Source: an uncultured bacterium (GTDB taxonomy: Bacteria > Actinomycetota > Acidimicrobiia > Spongiisociales > UBA5794). From it: DNA of 64,000 nucleotides. The stretch is from NCBI GenBank assembly GCA_963801165.1, contig CAWDDT010000005.1:64001-128000 (forward strand). The letters run 5' to 3'. The position numbers were made by a program, and so were the translations under genes. Below the pieces are notes generated by a model. It was not told the DNA's origin and did not search any database. It was given only the letters and a program-made list of their open reading frames with translations. Below, one piece after another: positions 1 to 9,406 of the stretch (positions within the stretch are counted from its first letter, which is position 1; the number at the start of each line of letters is the position of its first letter).

Positions 1-2
1 AC

Positions 3-1247
3 GTGCTCGACGATCGCGGCCTCACGCTCACGCATGTGCTCGAGACGCACGTTCACAACGACTACATCTCGGGTGGCAGGGACCTCGCCAAAGTGAGGGA
101 CGCCGACCTGGTTCTCCCTGCGGGCTCGGGTGCGTCGTTCTCCTACCGGCCCGCCTTTCACAACGAGGAGATCGAGAGCAGCGACGGCCTGATCATCCGC
201 CCGCTACACACCCCCGGCCATACGCCCGAGCACACCAGCTACGTCATCCTCGTCGATGGCACCGAGCAAGCCGTATTCACCGGTGGCAGCCTGCTGGTCG
301 GGGCCGCGGGCCGATCGGATCTGCTCGGCCGTCAATACGCCCGCCAGCTCGCCATCCTCCAGCACGGCAGCCTGCGCCGCCTCGGCCGACTCCCGGACAC
401 GACCGGTGTGTTTCCCACTCACGGCGAAGGTTCCTTCTGTACGGCTTCCGGCGCAGGGCGCACTACGTCGACGATCGGGCGGGAGAAGACGGAGAACCGA
501 CTGTTCGGGTTCGACAACGCCGAGGCATTTGCCGACGATCAGCTCGGTGGTCTCGTCCCCTACCCCGACTACTACGCCCACATGGGTCCGACGAACAGGC
601 AGAACCCCACCGCGATCGAGCCAGCTGCGCCTGCGGAGCTATCTCCGCCCGAGGCCGAGACCGCGATCACAGCGGGCGCCGCGATACTCGACGGCCGCGA
701 TCGGTACTCGTTTGCCGCCGGTCACATCCCCGGATCGATCGGCATTGAGCTCGGGGACTCCTACGCACCGTGGGCAGGCTGGCTGCTCGACTACAACGTC
801 CCGCTCGTTCTCGTCTTGAACACAAACGACGACGCCCAGCGCGCCGCCACGGAATTGGCAAGGATCGGGTTCACCAACGTGCTCGGGGTCGTGCGTGGCG
901 TCGCTGCGTGGCTGGCGACCGGCCACCCGGTGTCATCGTTCACCACCGCATCACACTCAGATCTCGCGAACGCTCTGACGACGGCCGATCACGACATCCA
1001 GATCCTCGACGTCCGCGATCCTCAGGAATGGGAGCGAGCGCACATCTCAGGAGCGATCCACCGCTATGTACCCGACATCAGGTCGGGGCTTCCTGACGGT
1101 CTCGACCCTACGCACCCGGTATGGGTGGTCTGCCAGAGCGGCAACCGGGCGTCAATCGCGGCGGGTTTACTGGAGCGCCTGGATGTCGAGCCGATCGTCG
1201 TCACCAGGGGCGGTGTCTCTCAGGTGCTCGCCTCGACTGGTGCGTGA
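3..1247 (+). CDS. MBL-fold hydrolase (persulfide dioxygenase-like) fused to two rhodanese domains; probably 5'-truncated by the window edge
   Basis: THVHND, HTPGHTPEH and PTHG metallo-beta-lactamase motifs; rhodanese signatures 'GHIPGS' and 'DVRDPQEWERAHISGA' with active-site CQSGNR. Confidence 0.9.
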   Translation: MLDDRGLTLTHVLETHVHNDYISGGRDLAKVRDADLVLPAGSGASFSYRPAFHNEEIESSDGLIIRPLHTPGHTPEHTSYVILVDGTEQAVFTGGSLLVGAAGRSDLLGRQYARQLAILQHGSLRRLGRLPDTTGVFPTHGEGSFCTASGAGRTTSTIGREKTENRLFGFDNAEAFADDQLGGLVPYPDYYAHMGPTNRQNPTAIEPAAPAELSPPEAETAITAGAAILDGRDRYSFAAGHIPGSIGIELGDSYAPWAGWLLDYNVPLVLVLNTNDDAQRAATELARIGFTNVLGVVRGVAAWLATGHPVSSFTTASHSDLANALTTADHDIQILDVRDPQEWERAHISGAIHRYVPDIRSGLPDGLDPTHPVWVVCQSGNRASIAAGLLERLDVEPIVVTRGGVSQVLASTGA

Positions 1248-1441
1248 GACTCGAGCCTCGCCTCGGTGGCCGGCGTCGGCGATGTGGAAGTTGCTGCAGG
1301 GTGGTTTGTCCGACGACGGGGCGCTCATACCTACCGCGTAGAGACTGCCCGATTTGACCCGAGCGATCCAGGGATACGGCAAAGTCGTCAACTAGGCCGA
1401 CCCCAGTCCAAGAGGCCAGCCAACTGGAGTCTGATTCATGG

Positions 1442-2050
1442 TCAGGACGGGTGCTCGTCGAAGAAGGCGACGATCCGGCTCCTGGCATCGGTGGCCGACG
1501 GTTCGTGGTAGCCGGCCGACACGAACCTAACCATGATCACCGACCATCGCGGCACTTCGGCATCGGGGTGATCGTTCATGAAGCTATGCCCGGCTTCGGA
1601 GTACAACTTCATGTCAAACGGTATCGAATGCTCTTTCAGGACGGCGGCGATCTTGTCGGGCTCGCGCCGCAGGCTCCGATCCAACCAGCCGTAGCTGCCG
1701 ACGATAGGACAGGAGCCGGCGAGCCCGGCGAGCGCTTCCTTAGTGAGACCCGTAGTTGCTGCTGGCGGCCCGGAACCCACCGCGACCGGCGAGGAACAGA
1801 GCAAATCCGCCGCCGCGATAGAACCCGATCACGCCCACTCTGCTGCTGCTGTCGGGACGGGCAACCAGCCAGGATCAAACCGCTTCGAAGTCCTCGTAGA
1901 TCGGACCACGACCACTCATCGCCTCCCGTACGGTGGTGAACAGACAACGCATCCTGCCGCCCCAGTAGTAGAGGTCTGGAGCTGCGGCCAGAAAGCCCTC
2001 CCCGGCAAGCCAGTCGACCTGACTGCGGAGGTCCGTCGTCATAACGGCCC
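1442..2050 (-). pseudogene. Dienelactone hydrolase family pseudogene
   Basis: Segments 'DWLAGEGFLAAAPDLY', 'VGVIGFYRGGGFAL' and 'YSEAGHSFMN' are split by an in-frame TGA at 1875-1877 and a frameshift near 1745; nucleophile motif GFCxGG reads GFYRGG; N-terminus missing. Confidence 0.8.
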
Positions 2051-2141
2051 AACCGCCGTCCAGGAATGATGGCCACGCAAGAATGGTGCCTGATCTGCTC
2101 AACCGGGTAAACACATGGCCACCGTGCGAGGTGTGCAGGGT

Positions 2142-2678
2142 ATGAAGACGACAGGAGTATTGGTGACGGATCGAGAACCGGGCGCCCCCGCGGTCCGCTT
2201 GCAAGAGACCTTCCCTGCGTTTTACCGCCGGGAGTACCCGAAGATGGTGGCCATCGCCGCCGCCGTCTCCGGGAATCGCGCGATCGCCGAGGACTTGGCT
2301 CAGGACGCCATGGTTCGTGCTCATCGTCACTGGGACCGCATTTCTTCTTATGACCGTCCGGGTGCCTGGGCGCGCCGGGTCACCATCAACCTGTCGCTCA
2401 GCGCGGCGAGGCGGGCGACCGCAGAGATGAGGAAGATCCTGCGTCTCGCCGAGCCGGCGACTCTGCCGGCTCCCGAAGCGGCAGACGATCGAGTATGGCA
2501 AGCCGTGGCACGGCTCCCCGGCAACCAGCGCGCTGCCATCGCGCTCCACTATCTCGAGGACCGGTCGATCGACGAGATCGCCACGATCCTCGATATCGCG
2601 CCCGCAACGGCGCGCGTCCACCTCCACCGCGGACGCCAGGCACTGGCGACCGATCTCGACCAAGAGGAGGCCTCATGA
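2142..2678 (+). CDS. ECF (SigE-family) RNA polymerase sigma factor
   Basis: Region 2 'AEDLAQDAMVRAHRHW...AWARRVTIN'; region 4 'LPGNQRAAIALHYLEDRSIDEIA...TARVHLHRGR'; alternative start 2115. Confidence 0.92.
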   Translation: MKTTGVLVTDREPGAPAVRLQETFPAFYRREYPKMVAIAAAVSGNRAIAEDLAQDAMVRAHRHWDRISSYDRPGAWARRVTINLSLSAARRATAEMRKILRLAEPATLPAPEAADDRVWQAVARLPGNQRAAIALHYLEDRSIDEIATILDIAPATARVHLHRGRQALATDLDQEEAS

Positions 2679-3844
2679 GCGAGCGCGACATCCGAAACAG
2701 TTTCCAGCACCTCCAGGAGGATGTCATGAGCAATGTCGAGACCGAGAAGCGGCTCGCCCACATCACCGATAGGCGAAGACGGCTCCGCCCAGCGCTCACC
2801 GCATTCGCCGGGGCGGCGGCGGTTGTCCTGGCGGTCGGCGCCACCTTGTTCCTCCTGCGCCCCTCGGGACCGACCGACACGCTGCCTCCGGTGACGGAAA
2901 TCACGGTGGCTCCGACGACCAACCGCGTCCCAACGACGAGCGAAGCCACCACGACAACCAATCCGGAGAACGCGCTCCCCACCCTGAGCAACGGCACAGT
3001 CGTCATCGCCGCGCCGGACTTGGCGCCCAGCAGCCCGCAAGGCGTCGAAGTGTCTGTGGTGGTGGGTCGGGACGGCACGGCAGCCGTTCGGGGCGACCGG
3101 GTGGTCGGTGACGGCAGCGGAGGGCTGTTCGTCCAGAGCGGAGGCAACATCGAGTGGTGGCGTCCGGACGGCACGCGCACCACTCTGGTCGATCCGACGT
3201 TCACAGGTAGCAGAGTGGAACTGCGGCTCGAGGACGTCGCAGTCGTAGACGGGGAGACCAACGTGATCTTCATCGCCGCGGGTGGGGAGAACCTGCAACG
3301 CTATGAAGAGGTTTGGCGCTACGACGTAGCGACGGCGACCCCGACCATGATCTACCACACCGGCGCCTATGAAGGTGGGATCCGGAGGGCATCCCTCGCA
3401 GGCAACCTCCTCGTTGTGACGAGGGCCGCCGAGGGATACACGTGGTTCTTGTTCTTCGATGCAGACGGGAACCCGGTCGACGTGCACAACCCAAAACCGG
3501 ACGGCGCCGAGGCTCCGATCTTCGTCGATCAAGGTGTGCTGTCTCCGGATGGGGCAACCCTCGCCTATCTCGAGTCGGATCTGGCCTCACCAGCCGACGA
3601 CAACACGTGGCCCATGGATGTGGTGGTGTGGGATCTCGCAACCGGCACCGAGACCAGTAGGACGCCGGTCGGACTCGGCACCTGGTTCCCGGATCGTATG
3701 GACTTCGACGGCAACGGCGTCGTGCTCGGCCGGATCAGGCATGGGGCGGACGGGGACCAAACGGGAGCGCCGCTCCAGGTCTCACTCGCTACCGGCAACA
3801 GCGCCGAGCTCGCCGCTGACGGAACACCCAGTCTCATCAAGTGA
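2675..3844 (+). CDS. Putative membrane anti-sigma factor with Thr-rich linker and extracellular beta-rich (propeller-like) domain
   Basis: ATGA overlap with the sigma gene stop and GAGGAGG RBS; short N-terminal domain, one TM helix (ALTAFAGAAAVVLAVGATLFLL), T-rich linker, 'LSPDGATLAY' WD40/PD40-like motif. Confidence 0.7.
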   Translation: MSERDIRNSFQHLQEDVMSNVETEKRLAHITDRRRRLRPALTAFAGAAAVVLAVGATLFLLRPSGPTDTLPPVTEITVAPTTNRVPTTSEATTTTNPENALPTLSNGTVVIAAPDLAPSSPQGVEVSVVVGRDGTAAVRGDRVVGDGSGGLFVQSGGNIEWWRPDGTRTTLVDPTFTGSRVELRLEDVAVVDGETNVIFIAAGGENLQRYEEVWRYDVATATPTMIYHTGAYEGGIRRASLAGNLLVVTRAAEGYTWFLFFDADGNPVDVHNPKPDGAEAPIFVDQGVLSPDGATLAYLESDLASPADDNTWPMDVVVWDLATGTETSRTPVGLGTWFPDRMDFDGNGVVLGRIRHGADGDQTGAPLQVSLATGNSAELAADGTPSLIK

Positions 3845-3857
3845 CCACAATGATGGG

Positions 3858-5348
3858 GTGAGAGTCGGAACGACCGTCGCGTTGTGTGTGTTGCTTGCCG
3901 CCTGCGGGGGGACAGCCGCAGGCGGCAACGCCTCCACGACGACGATGTCGAGTGCGCACAGCCCCCCGCGAGGGATCGTGCGAATCGCTTTGGTCGGGGA
4001 CGTAATGCTGGGGCGGGGAGTCGCTCCGGTAATCGAAGCGGATGGGGATTCCGCGTTCGAGGGTGTGCGCCACCTGCTCAGCGAAGCCGACATCGCCGGA
4101 GCCAATCTGGAATCGCCGCTCACTACCCGGCCTCACGTCTCGAACAACGTCAACGCCCTCGAAGCGGATCCGCGGTATGTCAGCGTCCTCGCTGGGGCTG
4201 GCTTCGATGTCATGGCGCTGCCCAACAACCATACGATGGACGCCGGCGCCGAGGGTCTGCTCGACACGATCGGCGCTCTCGATGGTGCCGGCATCGCACA
4301 CATCGGGGCCGACGCAGACAACGCCGCCGAGCCGTTGATCGTCGAGGAAGACGGGCTGACAGTTGGCTTCCTCGCCTTCGACACGACTGGTGTTGGGCCG
4401 ACCGCCGGCGCCGATCCCGGAGTGATGCGTTGGGAAGGCGACACCTCACTCGATCAGGTGCGGGCGGTGCGAGGGAATGTCGACGTGCTGGTCGTCTCGA
4501 TCGACGGCGGGACCGAGTACCTCCCCGTAAACGATCCCGGCCTGGCCGCGATAGCCGTACAACTCGCCGCAGTGGGCGTCGACGTGGTCTGGGGCCACGG
4601 CGCACATGTGGTGCAGCCGGTGTCGGTGAGCGCCGGGACGCGCCCTACGGTGGTCTCAACTTCTCTGGGCAACTTCCTCTTCGACCAGGCTGGTACGGAC
4701 CGCACTACCGGCTACGTGCTGGAGGTGATGGCGGGCAGCGCCGGTGTCGTCGCCTACCGGGTCGCGGTGACCGAGCATCCCGACCGCCGTGTCGTGTTCG
4801 ATGAATGGCTCGATCCTGCCGGCGACGCCGTCTGGATGGATGGTGCATGGTGGACGCTCACCGTTCAGCCGGTCACCTCACCCACAACTTCAGTCTCGGT
4901 CGACGCCTTCCGACACGGCGATCTCGTTGCCGCGGCGCACGGCGACATCAACGGCGATGGAACCGATGACGTTGTTGCCTCGTTCCGGCGACCGTACGAG
5001 CCGACCCCGTTCATCGAGACACACCCGGAGGTGCAGTGGCAGGATGCGGTGGGACGAAGCGCCCATCTCGGCGTCTACCGACCCGACGGGCTCGAGGAGG
5101 TCTGGGTCGCCGGCACCGTGATGCAGCCGGTCGCCGGCCTCGAGGTGTGCGACGGATCATTGGCGCTGGTCCACGACCGGCTCGACGATCCCATGGTGGT
5201 TGCGGCGGGGGCCTGGCAGTGGAACGGCTTTGGGTTCACCACAGCACCCGCGATTCCCGGCCCGGGCACCCCCGCCTGCGCCGACGTAGACGGCGACGGT
5301 CGGACGGAGCCGGTCATCCTCGATCGGTACCCGGGTCATTCCCGATAG
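3858..5348 (+). CDS. CapA/PGA_cap family metallophosphoesterase lipoprotein with C-terminal FG-GAP-like repeats
   Basis: Lipobox LAAC; motifs GDVMLGR, NLESP, NNHTMD, GHGAHV, SLGNFLF; C-terminal GDINGDGTDD and DVDGDGRTE. Confidence 0.85.
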   Translation: MRVGTTVALCVLLAACGGTAAGGNASTTTMSSAHSPPRGIVRIALVGDVMLGRGVAPVIEADGDSAFEGVRHLLSEADIAGANLESPLTTRPHVSNNVNALEADPRYVSVLAGAGFDVMALPNNHTMDAGAEGLLDTIGALDGAGIAHIGADADNAAEPLIVEEDGLTVGFLAFDTTGVGPTAGADPGVMRWEGDTSLDQVRAVRGNVDVLVVSIDGGTEYLPVNDPGLAAIAVQLAAVGVDVVWGHGAHVVQPVSVSAGTRPTVVSTSLGNFLFDQAGTDRTTGYVLEVMAGSAGVVAYRVAVTEHPDRRVVFDEWLDPAGDAVWMDGAWWTLTVQPVTSPTTSVSVDAFRHGDLVAAAHGDINGDGTDDVVASFRRPYEPTPFIETHPEVQWQDAVGRSAHLGVYRPDGLEEVWVAGTVMQPVAGLEVCDGSLALVHDRLDDPMVVAAGAWQWNGFGFTTAPAIPGPGTPACADVDGDGRTEPVILDRYPGHSR

Positions 5349-5395
5349 CTCCCAAGGCGGGTAAGGAGTCGGTATGTTGAGGGGGGAGAACAACG

Positions 5396-6817
5396 ATGGA
5401 CAAGCCTCGCATTTACACCATCGACGAGGCAGTCAACCTCGGTCTCGACGAGACCCTCGAGCTGAACCGCGAGTACGTCAACGAATCGCTCATTGATCTC
5501 ATCGCCGGGTACGGTCTCCCCCGGCGGTTTGTCAAAGCGGAGGGCATCCGGCTCTGGGACGAAAACGGCAACGAGTACCTCGACTTCCTGTGTAGCTACG
5601 GGGCACTGTCTCTCGGCCACAACAACCCGAGGATCATCGCCGCTGTGGAACGAGCCCGCGCCCTCCCCAACTTCTTTGTGATCTCGCCTGGCGCCGTAAC
5701 CGGTGCTCTTGCCGCCAGTCTCGCCGCCATCAGCCCGGGCGATCTGCAACGTAGCTTCTTCTGCAACAGCGGCTCCGAGGCGATCGAAGGTGCGGTGAAG
5801 CTGGCGAGGGTAGCCACCGGCCGGACGCGGATCATCGCCGCTCGTGAGGGATTCCACGGCAAGAGCATGGGGGCCCTTTCGGTCACCGGGCATGAAGCCA
5901 TGAAGAAACCGTTCCGCCCGTTGCTGCCCGATGTCGAGCACGTCCCGTTTGCCGACGCGGACGCCATCGAGACGGCGCTGCGAACTGCTCCGACTGCCGC
6001 CGTCGTGCTCGAACCGATCCAGGGGCCGGCGGGCATCATCGTTCCCCCGGACGGATACCTCACCGACGTGCGAGGGCTGTGCACGAGGCACGGGGCTCTC
6101 CTCATCCTCGATGAGATCCAGACGGGACTGGGTCGCACCGGCCGGATGTTCGGGTGTGACCACGAGGGAATCGTTCCCGACGTGCTGTGCGTCTCGAAGG
6201 GGCTCAGCGGCGGGATCTATCCGATCGGTGCCTACATCACGACCGACCGGGTATGGCGAAAGGCGTACGGCTCGAAAAAGACCGCAACGCTTCACTCCTC
6301 GACTTTTGGCGGCAACACGCTCGCCTGTGCCGCCGCACTCGAGGCAATCGGAGTGACGGTTGAGGACGACCTACCCGCACGCGCCGCCGATGTCGGCGAC
6401 TACTTCCACCGCGGGCTGCTCTCCCTCGCCGACAAGTTCCCCCTCTTGCGTGAAGTCAGAGGACGCGGGCTGATGATCGGGCTCGACTTCGAGCAGACGA
6501 CGCACCGCCTGACCCGGGACTTGCTCAACCAAACGGCAGCAATGGTTGCCGTGCAGATGCTGCACCGGCACCGCATAGTCAGCATCTACACGTTCACCAA
6601 CGCCAGCGTGATCCGGCTCGCCCCGCCACTCACCGTGGAGACGGCCGACCTCGATACATATCTGGAGGCACTGCAGGACACTCTCACCCGCAACCGTCGA
6701 TTCCCACAATTGGCGGCAACGACAATGCGGGCCGTCCGATCTCACCGGCGCACCCGGGCAAAAGGCCGCTGGAGCAGGAAGGGGACTGTACCCGAGCGGC
6801 AGCCTGGCGTACCGTGA
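5396..6817 (+). CDS. Class III PLP aminotransferase (putrescine/acetylornithine aminotransferase-like)
   Basis: YLDF..SLGH, NSGSEAIE, FHG, EPIQG, DEIQTGLGRTG, PLP-lysine in SKGLSGG, STFGGN. Confidence 0.92.
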   Translation: MDKPRIYTIDEAVNLGLDETLELNREYVNESLIDLIAGYGLPRRFVKAEGIRLWDENGNEYLDFLCSYGALSLGHNNPRIIAAVERARALPNFFVISPGAVTGALAASLAAISPGDLQRSFFCNSGSEAIEGAVKLARVATGRTRIIAAREGFHGKSMGALSVTGHEAMKKPFRPLLPDVEHVPFADADAIETALRTAPTAAVVLEPIQGPAGIIVPPDGYLTDVRGLCTRHGALLILDEIQTGLGRTGRMFGCDHEGIVPDVLCVSKGLSGGIYPIGAYITTDRVWRKAYGSKKTATLHSSTFGGNTLACAAALEAIGVTVEDDLPARAADVGDYFHRGLLSLADKFPLLREVRGRGLMIGLDFEQTTHRLTRDLLNQTAAMVAVQMLHRHRIVSIYTFTNASVIRLAPPLTVETADLDTYLEALQDTLTRNRRFPQLAATTMRAVRSHRRTRAKGRWSRKGTVPERQPGVP

Positions 6818-6839
6818 GCAACGGACGAGGCAGGAGGCA

Positions 6840-9365
6840 GTGGTGAAGCGTTGGTTCATTCCGGTTCTGGTGATGCTCCTGGTCGCGGCGGCGTGCACAT
6901 CCGGGAACGACACCGCGTCGACCACGACGGCGCCGTCGACCACCCAGACGTCGGCAACGACGACCACCGCGCCGGCAACCACAACGCCACCAACCACGAC
7001 GTCTCTTCCGCCCATCGTTGTCCCGACGCTCGAGCCAATGTCCTTCGGGTCACTGACCGCGGTGCCCCTCCTTTCCGGCGGCTCGTATGCGGGGCCGGCA
7101 GTACCAAGCCGTCTCTCCAGCGTCTACGTGCCCGATTGGGTCTCGTCCTACCTCAACAGCTACGACGCCACCGCGATGCTCGAGGACAACGGATTCGTCG
7201 TGGTGCCAAGTGGGGGGACCCGTCTCTTCCAGCACATCTATGAAGGTTCGACGTATGACGGCTGGCCGGTATACCTCACCACCGACGCCGCATACAACGT
7301 GTGGCATCTCGCCTTCGACAAGATCCTGCGCGAGACCGAGCAGCAGCGCCTCCTTCCTGTCCTCGAGGACATGCTCGGTCGGCTGGTCGCGCTGGCCCGC
7401 GCTCAGGAGAGCGAGCTCGGCGGCACCGACCTCGCCGAAGCGGCCAGCCGGGTGACCCAGTACTACGAGGCAGCCGCAACGGTGCTCGGGCTCGACGTCG
7501 GGCCTATCGGACCGCTGGCTCAGCAGGAGGTGGACCTCATCTTGGCCGCCGCCGGGCCCAGCCTGTCGCCGACAACCGGAGGCGACGACAACTCCGGGTT
7601 CATCACCACCCTCGTTGACTACAGCCTGTTCCGGCCGCGAGGTCACTACACGCGCAACGCCGATCTGGAGCGATACTTCCGGGCCATGTCGCAGCTTGGC
7701 AACAACGCCTTCCTGCTCAGCAAAGGTCTCACCCTCGGTGTGCTTGCCAGCCGCGTCCTGCTCGCCGACCCGGACGTCCTCGACGAGTGGCAGCTCATCT
7801 ACGAGCCGACCGCATGGCTGGTGGGCGCTGCCGACGACTACACCCCGCTCGAGCTCGGCGCCGTGGTCGACCAGGTGGTGCCGACCGGCTGGGACGACAT
7901 AACGGCGTTCGCCGATCCGGCGACGATCGACTCCATCCGTCAGGGGCTGCTCGCCATGCGACCCGTGGCAATCAATCCCGAAGCCGCGTCGCTCCGGGTG
8001 ATGGGAAGCCGGTTTGTCATCGACTCGTACATCCTCGACCAGCTCGTCGCTCCCAACGTCGACAGGGACACGGCCTCACCACTCGATGTGGCAGCCGCCT
8101 TCGGATCTGACTGGGCGCTGGGGGTACAAGAAGCGGCGGGTGATACGACCGCGGGCGGATACACCGCGCAAATGGACAAGATGCGAGCGCTCATCGCCGA
8201 CCGAACCACCGAGGACTGGGGTAAGACTGTCTACGACTCATGGCTGTATGCGATCTCGCCGATGTGGGGAGCACATGGGGCGGACTACCCGAAGTACATG
8301 CAGTCCGACGCCTGGTCGGCCAAGGACCACCAGACCGGGTTCGGGTCGTATACCGAGCTGAAGCACGACACCATCCTCTATACCAAACAGGCAGTCGCCG
8401 AGGGCGGTGGCGAGGAACCGCCGGTGCCACCGCGCCACTGGGTCGAGCCTGAGCCGGTGGTCTACGAGCGTCTCGCCGCCATCTCCGATCTGATGAGGAC
8501 CGGTTTGGAGAGCCGTGACCTGCTGCCGGACGAGTACTCGCAACTACTCACCGACCTCGAGGGCTTCTACACGTGGCTGGCAGGCATCGCCAACGACGAG
8601 CTTGCCGGCCTCCCCATCAGCGAGGAGGACAACAACCGGCTCGCAGGCGTCGGCTCCACCCTGGAGAGCTTCTGGGTCCGTACCTCGGATAGCGACATCT
8701 CCGCCGATGACGGCCCCGACGACTACGCCGCCCTCATCGCCGACGTCATGCGCAACGCCGCCGGCGTGCTCGAGCTCGGCACCGGGTACATCGACTACCT
8801 ATTTGTGATCGTCCCCGACGACCGCGGCGGGTTCCAGGTGGCCACCGGCGGGGTCTACTCCTACTACGAGTTCTGGAACGATGGGCAGCGCTTCACCGAT
8901 GAGGAGTGGCGGGCCCAGCTCGAAGCCGGTACCCAACCCGAGCGGCCGAAGTGGGAGCAGGCATTCCTTGCCGACAACCCGCCACAGAACAACGCAACCG
9001 GACTGGAAAGTGGTCTGTTCTGCCGCGACCTGGCAGCCATGGGATACGGTTTCACCGAGGCTGTTGCCTACTGGCTGGCGGAAGGCGCGCCCGACCGGAT
9101 GGACGCCGACCGCAACGGCATCCCCTGTGAGACCGTGTACCCCGACGACTATGAGTCGTTCCTGAACGTGGCCGGGGGTATCGCGAGCGGGCAGCGCTGC
9201 GCTGATCTCGGGTTGAACGACGACAGAACGGGCTACCAGGTGGCTGTCGCCTATTGGATGCTCGAGGGCGCACCGGATCGCATGGATGGCGACGGCAACG
9301 GCATCCCGTGCGAAACGGTGTTCTCGGCGACGACCGTTCAGGACTTCCTCACCGGCGGCGGGTAG
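6840..9365 (+). CDS. DUF3160-type lipoprotein with two C-terminal excalibur-like Ca-binding repeats
   Basis: Lipobox AAAC and Thr-rich linker; DYSLFRPRGHYT, SYTELKHDTILYTKQ, GGVYSYYEF, TDEEWR motifs I recall for DUF3160; two 'C..L...DRMDxDxNGIPCE' repeats. Confidence 0.82.
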   Translation: MVKRWFIPVLVMLLVAAACTSGNDTASTTTAPSTTQTSATTTTAPATTTPPTTTSLPPIVVPTLEPMSFGSLTAVPLLSGGSYAGPAVPSRLSSVYVPDWVSSYLNSYDATAMLEDNGFVVVPSGGTRLFQHIYEGSTYDGWPVYLTTDAAYNVWHLAFDKILRETEQQRLLPVLEDMLGRLVALARAQESELGGTDLAEAASRVTQYYEAAATVLGLDVGPIGPLAQQEVDLILAAAGPSLSPTTGGDDNSGFITTLVDYSLFRPRGHYTRNADLERYFRAMSQLGNNAFLLSKGLTLGVLASRVLLADPDVLDEWQLIYEPTAWLVGAADDYTPLELGAVVDQVVPTGWDDITAFADPATIDSIRQGLLAMRPVAINPEAASLRVMGSRFVIDSYILDQLVAPNVDRDTASPLDVAAAFGSDWALGVQEAAGDTTAGGYTAQMDKMRALIADRTTEDWGKTVYDSWLYAISPMWGAHGADYPKYMQSDAWSAKDHQTGFGSYTELKHDTILYTKQAVAEGGGEEPPVPPRHWVEPEPVVYERLAAISDLMRTGLESRDLLPDEYSQLLTDLEGFYTWLAGIANDELAGLPISEEDNNRLAGVGSTLESFWVRTSDSDISADDGPDDYAALIADVMRNAAGVLELGTGYIDYLFVIVPDDRGGFQVATGGVYSYYEFWNDGQRFTDEEWRAQLEAGTQPERPKWEQAFLADNPPQNNATGLESGLFCRDLAAMGYGFTEAVAYWLAEGAPDRMDADRNGIPCETVYPDDYESFLNVAGGIASGQRCADLGLNDDRTGYQVAVAYWMLEGAPDRMDGDGNGIPCETVFSATTVQDFLTGGG

Positions 9366-9406
9366 CCGGGCGGTATCCTTTGCGGTCCCGCTCGGGAGAT
9401 GCGTTC

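Noticed and set aside
1875-1877. In-frame TGA in the dienelactone hydrolase as possible selenocysteine or readthrough
   Set aside because: Not at the catalytic position; the gene also has a frameshift and lost its nucleophile, so decay explains it
3858-5348. Poly-gamma-glutamate capsule locus
   Set aside because: No capB/capC in the window; CapA-like domains are common outside capsule loci
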